A DNA stretch of 64,000 nt from positions 32,001-96,000 of IMG/VR virus record IMGVR_UViG_3300007512_001547. One strand, written 5' to 3'. The notes beneath the pieces were generated by a model. It worked only from the letters and a program-made list of their open reading frames with translations. It had not been told where the DNA came from and made no database searches. Positions 57,021-64,000 of this stretch are shown one piece after another (position 1 is the stretch's first letter; each line of letters starts with the position of its first letter). Position numbers and translations under genes: made by a program. The stretch comes from a virus.

Positions 57021-58192
57021 AAATATTTTACATGGGTTTAGAACCCTATGAAGGACGATATACATTACAATTAACAGAATGGACTAAACGTGTTTATAAA
57101 AAACGTGATATTGACTATGTGATTGTTCCAGGTACTACTATTGACGATTCAAAAGCAATAGTAACAGGACAAGTTTTAGATGCACATGGCAGAAGTTATT
57201 TTGGTATGAGCCAAATGATGAATCTTGTACAAATGATGAAAGCTGGCGAAGTTACTTCCGAGGATATAATATTTTTTGAGGATATGTTCCAACCAGGAAT
57301 GGAATCTCTTCCATATATTTTACACCAAGTTGACAAAGAGCATATGCCAACAATATATTTGAGATGTTTAGCACAGGCAATTGATCCTGATGACTTTGTA
57401 CACGTTTGGGGAATGAGCAAATGGATGAGTTTATATGAACAGATGTGTAATGAAATTCCAAATGTCAATATACTTGCAACAAACGAAGAAATGGTTGCAC
57501 ATATGCGTATAGCAAACTGGAAAGCACCTATATACAATATATCTGGTTTAAGTTTTGGCAAAGAAGAAGTACAAGAAAGAGTTCCTAATAGAAAAGCATT
57601 TAATGATAGAAAAATGAGAGTAATATTTGGAGCAAGATGGGATCAAGAAAAACAACCAGGATTTTTTATGGATATGATTGATCACTGGAAAGCAAATCCA
57701 AAATTACCAGAAGTAGAATTTGCAATATGTTGTGGCGGTCCTTTAAGAAGTAATAACACTTCTTATGTAAACAGAGCAAGAATAATGGAACAAGACGGTA
57801 CATTAAAAATATATGAAAATTTAAAAAAGAATGAATACTACAACATACTTGCAGATTCAAGAGTATTGTTTAATTGTGCATTACAAGATTGGACATCCAA
57901 TACAGTATCAGAAGCAGACTCATTAGGCACAAACGTATTGTTTCCAGCATACAGAACATTTCCAGAAGTATTTGCTAACGATGAAACAAGAATGTATATT
58001 CCATGGAGCGGTAGAGACGCAATGGAAAAATTAAAAGTATTATTAATGAAACCATCCCCTAGTATAGGTCAAATATCTGATTGGACAGACGGTACAATAG
58101 ATAGAATGATTGACATTATGACAGGCACGGGAGAACAATGGAGAAGAGATGGAAAACACTACAGAACACCAGTTTCCGAGTCCAAGTATTAA
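57017..58192 (+). CDS. GT-B fold glycosyltransferase
   Basis: RWDQEKQPGFF, SRVLFNCALQD, EA...G..VLFP..R.FPE C-terminal pattern. Confidence 0.7.
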   Translation: MKIFYMGLEPYEGRYTLQLTEWTKRVYKKRDIDYVIVPGTTIDDSKAIVTGQVLDAHGRSYFGMSQMMNLVQMMKAGEVTSEDIIFFEDMFQPGMESLPYILHQVDKEHMPTIYLRCLAQAIDPDDFVHVWGMSKWMSLYEQMCNEIPNVNILATNEEMVAHMRIANWKAPIYNISGLSFGKEEVQERVPNRKAFNDRKMRVIFGARWDQEKQPGFFMDMIDHWKANPKLPEVEFAICCGGPLRSNNTSYVNRARIMEQDGTLKIYENLKKNEYYNILADSRVLFNCALQDWTSNTVSEADSLGTNVLFPAYRTFPEVFANDETRMYIPWSGRDAMEKLKVLLMKPSPSIGQISDWTDGTIDRMIDIMTGTGEQWRRDGKHYRTPVSESKY

Positions 58193-59180
58193 CACACTTA
58201 CAAGATCTGTATTAGTTACAGGTGGAGGTGGCTATGTGGGTTCTCACACTTGCAAATTATTATCTAAAAATGGATACGTTCCTGTAACTGTTGATAGACA
58301 TTACAGAGAAGGACTAGTATCGTTTGGGCCAAATTATAATTTACATCTACCACAAGAAATTAATAGATTAGATGAAATTATTAAAAGACATAACATTACA
58401 AGTTGTATACATTTTCTGGCCAGCACATCAGTATCTGAATCTGTTACAAATCCCTCATTATATTATAAAAACAATCTTATAAACACAATTACATTACTAG
58501 ACAAATTAGTTTCTTTAGATATTAAATCATTTGTATATTCTTCTAGTGCGGCAGTTTATGGCAATCCAGGAATGAAACTATGCAAAGAAACAGATCAATG
58601 CAATCCAATTAGTTCTTATGGTGGAAGTAAATTAATGATAGAACAAGTTTTAAAAGATTATCATAGAGCATATGGTATATCATCAGTAGGATTAAGGTAT
58701 TTTAATGCCGCTGGAGCAGACCCAGAAGGAGACGTTGGAGAATTAAGAGAAAAAGAAACACATATAATACCATTAGCCATTAAAGCATCTAGGCAACTAA
58801 AAACATTTAAATTATTTGGTGCAAAATTTCCAACAGAAGATGGCACGTGTGTTAGAGATTATGTTCATGTTATGGACCTTGCAGATGCACACATTAAGGC
58901 TTTAAACTATGCTCATGAAAATAATTGTGCCGATGTTTTTAATTTAGGTTCTGGAGCACCTGTTTCTAATAGAGAATTATTAGATGTTATACAAAAGCAT
59001 ACAGGTAAAATGGATATTAAATTTGAGCCAAGCAGAGCAGGGGATCCTGCATATCTTGTAGCAGATATAACAAAGGTAAAAGAAATATTAAATTGGGAAC
59101 CAACACAAAGTTCAATTGATAATATAGTAGCAACTGCATTAAGATGGTATAATAAGATGCACAAGAAAGATATCCATTAA
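58149..59180 (+). CDS. galE: UDP-glucose 4-epimerase
   Basis: TGGGGYVGSH, SSSAAVYG, YGGSK, LRYFNAAGA, DGTCVRDYVHVMDLA. Confidence 0.9.
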   Translation: MENTTEHQFPSPSINTLTRSVLVTGGGGYVGSHTCKLLSKNGYVPVTVDRHYREGLVSFGPNYNLHLPQEINRLDEIIKRHNITSCIHFLASTSVSESVTNPSLYYKNNLINTITLLDKLVSLDIKSFVYSSSAAVYGNPGMKLCKETDQCNPISSYGGSKLMIEQVLKDYHRAYGISSVGLRYFNAAGADPEGDVGELREKETHIIPLAIKASRQLKTFKLFGAKFPTEDGTCVRDYVHVMDLADAHIKALNYAHENNCADVFNLGSGAPVSNRELLDVIQKHTGKMDIKFEPSRAGDPAYLVADITKVKEILNWEPTQSSIDNIVATALRWYNKMHKKDIH

Positions 59181-60316
59181 TGGATCCAAAGAAAAAATAC
59201 CATTTATTCAAAACAAATAAAAATTTTTGTGTTGTTCCGTGGACTAATTTTGAAATATACACAAATGGAGATGTTAGAACCTGTTCAATGGGTGGCGAAA
59301 CTTTAGGCAATATTAACAATCAAGATATTGAAGATATTTTACAAAGTGATACTATTAAACGAATTAAATCAAATATGCTAGAAAATAAACCAGATAAAAA
59401 CTGTGTATCATGCTATCACAGATCTATTGAAGATAAAAATTTTTCATATCTACGAGATCATTACAACAAATTACTGGTCAAAGCAGATGTTGATTATGAA
59501 AACATTGAAACTTTTGATATGCACTGTATTGATTTGCATTGGTCTAATATATGTAATTTACGTTGTATAATGTGTAATCCACAACAAAGCAGTTTGATTG
59601 CAAAAGATGAAAAGGAAATTATTACTCCAGTTAATAAAAAAAGTGTAGAAAAAATAATACAAATGACTGTTAAAAATCAAGCAAAAATAAAAGAAATATA
59701 CTTGAGTGGTGGAGAACCATTTTATATTCCTTACAATGTACAACTTTTAAAACAACTGGAAAATAAAGATGTACCATTAAGAATTAATACTAATATGCAA
59801 TGGAAAAAAACAAATCCTTTATTACAAGCATTGAAAAATTTTAATAATGTTCAACTCACAATGAGTGCTGATGCTGTAGGTGATAAATTTAATTATATAA
59901 GAAACGGAGCGGATTGGGACTTGTTTTGTAATAATTTAGAATATATTAAAAACAATACAAATTTTTCAATCAGAGTAAACACAATTTTTAGTATAATCAA
60001 TGCTGATTGTATAGATAATTTAATTAATTATTTTTATAACCAAATGAATATAACTGACATGACTATTAATTTAGTATATGTTCCTAATGCAATGGATCCA
60101 AGAAACTACCCTGCAGGAAAAAAAACAAATATCATATCTAAATTGCAAAAAATTAAAAAAACTATATCTAACGAACACACAAATTTACTTAATAATTTAG
60201 AAAATTGTATCATGCAAATAAGTTTGGAAAATATAAAAGATTATGTTCCTACGTTAGATCATGTTACAAAAAAACATAAAACAAATTGGAGACAAGTATT
60301 TGTAGATTTAGTATGA
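59180..60316 (+). CDS. Radical SAM protein with twitch-like domain, paralog 4
   Basis: CVVPW..RTC..CVSCY; CNLRCIMC; SGGEP. Confidence 0.88.
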   Translation: MDPKKKYHLFKTNKNFCVVPWTNFEIYTNGDVRTCSMGGETLGNINNQDIEDILQSDTIKRIKSNMLENKPDKNCVSCYHRSIEDKNFSYLRDHYNKLLVKADVDYENIETFDMHCIDLHWSNICNLRCIMCNPQQSSLIAKDEKEIITPVNKKSVEKIIQMTVKNQAKIKEIYLSGGEPFYIPYNVQLLKQLENKDVPLRINTNMQWKKTNPLLQALKNFNNVQLTMSADAVGDKFNYIRNGADWDLFCNNLEYIKNNTNFSIRVNTIFSIINADCIDNLINYFYNQMNITDMTINLVYVPNAMDPRNYPAGKKTNIISKLQKIKKTISNEHTNLLNNLENCIMQISLENIKDYVPTLDHVTKKHKTNWRQVFVDLV

Positions 60317-60924
60317 AGACAGCATTATTAATTGGTTGTGGCGGAAAAAGAGGAGAAGATTTAATAAAAGGTTGCCAACAGGCTGACTTTGACGTAATTA
60401 ATATAGGTTCTAGTGAATCTAAATTAAAAAATGTAGAAAACATTAAGATTGATTGGAGAACCTTTGATATAATACAAATGCATAAAATTTATAAACAACT
60501 GTCTTACAATTTTGACTTTATATTTTTTAATCAAAATTCATCGGCGTTGGCAAAAGAAAATTTTATTAATACAATTAAAACTGTAGATTTATGGAGTTTA
60601 ACTAAGAGCTGGAGTAAAAGTTATTGGTTAAGTTGTCAATTTCCTTTTATAATAATCAAAACACTAGAAGAACAAAATAAGTTAGATAAAAATGCTACTA
60701 TAGGTTGGATGCTGTCTAGTTACATTGATAAAAATGTTAAAGGTGTTGACGACTATGCTGATTACAGTGGTTATAAATTTACAAACTATTTAATAATGAA
60801 AAACTTTAATACAAAATACCAATGTTTTGGTATTAATCCCAAATTTGGTTCTTCTGACTATACAGATTTAATTTATAAAATTTGTAGCAACCAAATTAAA
60901 TGCAATGGACAAATAATTGAATAA
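60313..60924 (+). CDS. Atypical SDR/Rossmann-fold protein
   Basis: ALLIGCGGKRG, YSGYK (YxxxK). Confidence 0.5.
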   Translation: MKTALLIGCGGKRGEDLIKGCQQADFDVINIGSSESKLKNVENIKIDWRTFDIIQMHKIYKQLSYNFDFIFFNQNSSALAKENFINTIKTVDLWSLTKSWSKSYWLSCQFPFIIIKTLEEQNKLDKNATIGWMLSSYIDKNVKGVDDYADYSGYKFTNYLIMKNFNTKYQCFGINPKFGSSDYTDLIYKICSNQIKCNGQIIE

Positions 60925-60928
60925 TTGT

Positions 60929-60957
60929 TTGACAAAATGGTGCAACTACTGTAAAAT
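60929..60957 (+). promoter_or_regulatory. Sigma70-like promoter
   Basis: TTGACA-17 nt-TAAAAT; AAGGAG RBS before 60976. Confidence 0.7.
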
Positions 60958-60975
60958 AGTATATAAGGAGATACA

Positions 60976-61176
60976 ATGACAAATGAAGAAGACAAAAGCT
61001 ATGAAAATGAATCGGCCAGTCCATCACCAATGGTACAAATCTCAATTAAAGAGTATGACAAACTCAAAGAACATCAAAAATATATTACAGATAAAAGTTT
61101 AATTGCTGTAATTGATAAAATTGAAGAGTTAGTTAGAGCATTAAGAAAACACATAGTTAGAACAGATATAGAATAA
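60976..61176 (+). CDS. Hypothetical protein
   Basis: AAGGAG RBS and upstream promoter. Confidence 0.6.
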   Translation: MTNEEDKSYENESASPSPMVQISIKEYDKLKEHQKYITDKSLIAVIDKIEELVRALRKHIVRTDIE

Positions 61177-61179
61177 TAT

Positions 61180-61890
61180 ATGGATGACACTTTAAAAGAC
61201 AGTTGGATTGTTAAAGGTCCAATATCAAAAACAATTAAAGACAGAATTAAAAAAGCAGGAAAAAGATTTCACTGTAATGATAATATTTCTGAATATATTG
61301 AGGATGGTGACTTAGAAAAATTACAAGTAGAGGTACAAGAAAAATTACAAGGAGTTTTGGAAAGTCTTGTAATTGATACAGAAAACGATCACAACACACA
61401 AGAAACTGCAAAACGTGTCGCAAAAATGTACATCAAAGAAACATTTGGTGGCAGATATAATCCAATGCCAAGAATTACACACTTTCCTAATATGGGATAT
61501 AAGAGTATGTACACTAGTGGTCCAATCAGTATTAAATCAACGTGTGCTCACCATTTACAAAACATTGTAGGTAATGCTTGGGTAGGTATTATTCCAAATG
61601 GCAAAGTTATCGGATTAAGTAAGTTTAATAGAATTATTCACCATATTGTAGAAAGACCACAAATACAAGAAGAGATGACAACACAAATTGCTGATGCATT
61701 AAAAGAATATGCACATACAAGTCATATTGCAGTAGTAGTTAAAGCAGAACATCATTGCATGACACACAGAGGCGTAAGAGAACACGAATCTGATATGACA
61801 ACTGCAATTATGTTAGGTGCATTTAAAGAAGATCCAGCAACTAGAGATGAATTTTATAAAATTTGTATGAACATGAAGGGTCATGAATAA
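61180..61890 (+). CDS. folE: GTP cyclohydrolase I
   Basis: STCAHH, GLSKFNR, RPQIQE, HHCMTHRG. Confidence 0.95.
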   Translation: MDDTLKDSWIVKGPISKTIKDRIKKAGKRFHCNDNISEYIEDGDLEKLQVEVQEKLQGVLESLVIDTENDHNTQETAKRVAKMYIKETFGGRYNPMPRITHFPNMGYKSMYTSGPISIKSTCAHHLQNIVGNAWVGIIPNGKVIGLSKFNRIIHHIVERPQIQEEMTTQIADALKEYAHTSHIAVVVKAEHHCMTHRGVREHESDMTTAIMLGAFKEDPATRDEFYKICMNMKGHE

Positions 61891-62158
61891 AAAACAATAC
61901 CAAAAAGAAAAAGAAAGACAAGCTAACTTACAATCAGATAATGTAGAAATGGAAAATTGGGTTCCAAGTGAAGGTTCAATAGGCACCGTCGATACTATGA
62001 ATATAGATTTTGACGTAGGTTATGATTCAGATCAAATGAATTTTGATTTTGAAAGAGATTTAAGAAAAAAATATCCTGCACTAAAAGATGCTTGGGAGCA
62101 TTATCAAAATATAAAACAAATGTGTGAAGCAAGAGAAAAAGAAGAAGATGCGAATTAA
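61883..62158 (+). CDS. Hypothetical protein
   Basis: KYPALKDAWEHY pattern (similar to the C-terminus of 3640-3873). Confidence 0.55.
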   Translation: MNKKQYQKEKERQANLQSDNVEMENWVPSEGSIGTVDTMNIDFDVGYDSDQMNFDFERDLRKKYPALKDAWEHYQNIKQMCEAREKEEDAN

Positions 62159-63191
62159 CCAAGATCCAAAACTAAATTACGAAGACGTTTTATTACAACC
62201 AAAACGTTCCACGTTATCATCAAGAAAAGATGTAGACATGACTCGTAAGTTTACATTTCGGAACTCAGACAAAGTAATGAACTTTACACCAATCTTTGCA
62301 AGTAATATGGATGGTGTTGGTACATTTAGTATGGCAAAAATATTACAAGAATATAAAATGATGACTGTTATTACAAAATCCACTACTCCAGATCAATGGA
62401 AAGAGGCAGTAGGCAATGGTGTAAGATTACAAAGTGTTTCTGTATGTACAGGCACAAATAAAATGTTTGATGATGAAGCTGAAGATTATACTAATATGCA
62501 AGAAATATTAAAAAGTTTTCCTGATATTAAAATGATTACAATAGATGTTGCTAATGCATATCATCAAAATATGGTTGGCTTTGTTCAAAAAGTTAGAGAA
62601 GAATATCCAGACAAAGTTATTGTAGCAGGTAACGTAGTAACACCTGAGATGACCGAAGAATTAATTATTAACGGTGCTGACGTAGTTAAAATAGGAATAG
62701 GACCAGGTAGTGTTTGCACTACACGAACAATGACTGGTGTTGGTGTTCCACAATTTTCAGCAATATTAGAATGTGCTGATGCGGCTAATGGTGTTGATGG
62801 ACACATAATGGCGGATGGTGGTTGCACACAACCAGGAGATATTGCAAAAGCATTAGGTGGTGGTGCACATATGGTTATGATTGGCGGTATGTTAGCAGGA
62901 CATAACGAATCAGAAGTAGAAGTAAAAGACGGATTTAGAGAATTTTATGGCATGAGTTCTGATCGTGCAAGAGAAGTACACGGCAAAAGAAAAGACGGAT
63001 ATAGAGGCAACGAAGGTAGAGTAGTACATTTACCTGATAGAGGACCTGTTAAAGAAACTATAGAAAATATACTTGGCGGTGTAAGAAGTGCTTGTACATA
63101 TATTGGTGCAAGACGATTAAAAGATATGCCTAAATGTGCAACTTTTGTAACAACATACAACGTAATTAATAAAGTTTACGAGCAATTTTAA
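62148..63191 (+). CDS. guaC: GMP reductase
   Basis: DVLLQPKRSTLSSRKDV, ASNMD, GIGPGSVCTT, ADGGC, FYGMSS, GGVRSACTY; no CBS domains. Confidence 0.9.
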   Translation: MRINQDPKLNYEDVLLQPKRSTLSSRKDVDMTRKFTFRNSDKVMNFTPIFASNMDGVGTFSMAKILQEYKMMTVITKSTTPDQWKEAVGNGVRLQSVSVCTGTNKMFDDEAEDYTNMQEILKSFPDIKMITIDVANAYHQNMVGFVQKVREEYPDKVIVAGNVVTPEMTEELIINGADVVKIGIGPGSVCTTRTMTGVGVPQFSAILECADAANGVDGHIMADGGCTQPGDIAKALGGGAHMVMIGGMLAGHNESEVEVKDGFREFYGMSSDRAREVHGKRKDGYRGNEGRVVHLPDRGPVKETIENILGGVRSACTYIGARRLKDMPKCATFVTTYNVINKVYEQF

Positions 63192-63208
63192 ATATTTAAA
63201 TACATTAT

Positions 63209-64000
63209 ATGATTCCTAATAAGAATACATTTTGTATTGCTCCATGGTTTAGTGTTTTTATTGATTCAAGAAAAAAATTATCACCATGTTGCAAAAGTAA
63301 TAAGACAAACAAATACAATTATTCTCAATTAAACGATTATTTTTTTTCTAACGAATTAGAACAATTACGCAAAGACTTAATTAATGGAATAAAAAACAAG
63401 ACTTGTTCAGCATGTTGGGAAACAGAAGAACAAAACGGAGATTCATTACGAAAACAATACAATAGGACTTTAGCCATGAGATTTGATAAAGGTTCTATTC
63501 TCAATCAAATCAATAATCCATCAGTAAAAAATATAAAAAGTTTTGATCTAGTTCTAGGAAATTTATGCAATTTAAAGTGTATAATGTGTAATCCAGGACA
63601 AAGTAGTCAATTACTAGCAGAAGCAAATTTAAATCCTGAATTGAAAAAATGGTATACAAAAAATACTACATATAATCAAAAATTATTTAATTGGCCAGAA
63701 GACAATGATTTTGTCAACTGGTGTGAGAAAAATCTACCACAAAGTATTCATATAAAATTTACTGGTGGAGAACCTTTTATAATTCCGGGGCTTCATAAAA
63801 TTATAGAACAAATCCCAGACTCACAAAAGAAGAATTGTATTTTGCATTTTACTACAAATTTAACGAATATTAATAAAGATATATTAAATTATTTTACAAA
63901 ATTTAAAGAAGTTTGGCTGAGTGTTTCTTGCGAAGGTATAGAAGAAACACTAGAATATGTAAGATTTGGTCATAAATGGAAAACACTAGATGAAAATTTT
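63209..64000 (+). CDS. Radical SAM protein with twitch-like domain, paralog 5 (3'-truncated, not in ORF track)
   Basis: Hand translation MIPNKNTFCIAPW..SPCC..CSACW; CNLKCIMC; TGGEP; TAAATA 63197-63202. Confidence 0.88.
   Translation, partial: MIPNKNTFCIAPWFSVFIDSRKKLSPCCKSNKTNKYNYSQLNDYFFSNELEQLRKDLINGIKNKTCSACWETEEQNGDSLRKQYNRTLAMRFDKGSILNQINNPSVKNIKSFDLVLGNLCNLKCIMCNPGQSSQLLAEANLNPELKKWYTKNTTYNQKLFNWPEDNDFVNWCEKNLPQSIHIKFTGGEPFIIPGLHKIIEQIPDSQKKNCILHFTTNLTNINKDILNYFTKFKEVWLSVSCEGIEETLEYVRFGHKWKTLDENF

Noticed and set aside
785-61570. Alternative-frame + strand ORFs (785, 5463, 40447, 61373)
   Set aside because: Almost entirely nested in recognisable genes, with no RBS or motif support.
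62148-62170. GuaC N-terminus MRINQD as a head-targeting tag
   Set aside because: It matches the normal GuaC start (MRIE.D.KL) and has no late promoter.
848-63160. Numerous minus-strand ORFs of 60-165 aa in the ORF track
   Set aside because: They lie antisense to well-supported + strand genes and have no motifs or promoters; they are shadow ORFs. Only 8885-9163 was kept.
1-64000. CRISPR array, tRNA, rRNA, integrase or transposase
   Set aside because: No regularly spaced direct repeats, cloverleafs or recombinase motifs were seen; intergenic gaps are nearly all under 100 bp.
37198-64000. Calling one of the radical SAMs QueE
   Set aside because: All five have an N-terminal auxiliary Cys domain and (four complete copies) lengths of 360-390 aa, unlike QueE, whose CxxxCxxC lies near the N-terminus.
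1-64000. Alternative genetic code or stop-codon readthrough
   Set aside because: Conserved proteins are full length in the standard code, and TAA, TAG and TGA all end genes at expected places.

Overview
This window is part of a large, AT-rich, T4-like/jumbo tailed phage genome. It is not cellular DNA. Genes are densely packed and almost all on the + strand, with only one credible minus-strand gene. From left to right it contains: a class III adenylate cyclase fragment; small early/accessory genes (exonuclease, SET, HIT, QueD, glycosyltransferase-like genes, HesB); three gp9/gp10-like baseplate/fibre paralogs and a baseplate wedge; a stand-alone DnaE-like fragment, GroES-like protein, ParB-like protein and clamp loader; a lysis cassette (M15 endolysin plus spanins); a proteostasis block (DnaJ, deformylase, ClpA); a lipoprotein subtilase; a roughly 11 kb late block of probable head-packaged proteins sharing an N-terminal motif; family B DNA polymerase and sliding clamp; and a 7-deazaguanine DNA-modification region (DpdA, DpdL-like, FolE, with a GT-B glycosyltransferase, GalE and GuaC) interleaved with radical SAM paralogs. 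Two promoter classes are visible: sigma70-like TTGACA..TAnnnT and late TAAATA, both mostly just upstream of the start codon. A marine alphaproteobacterial (SAR11-like) host is an inference from AT content and gene content only. The strongest candidates for new biology are (i) a possibly glycosylated or further modified deazaguanine DNA system, (ii) SutA-like RNA-polymerase-binding modules, one free and one inside a putative protease-processed head polyprotein, and (iii) five dispersed twitch-type radical SAM paralogs, three of them with their own late promoter. All family assignments come from motif recognition by eye; no searches were run.
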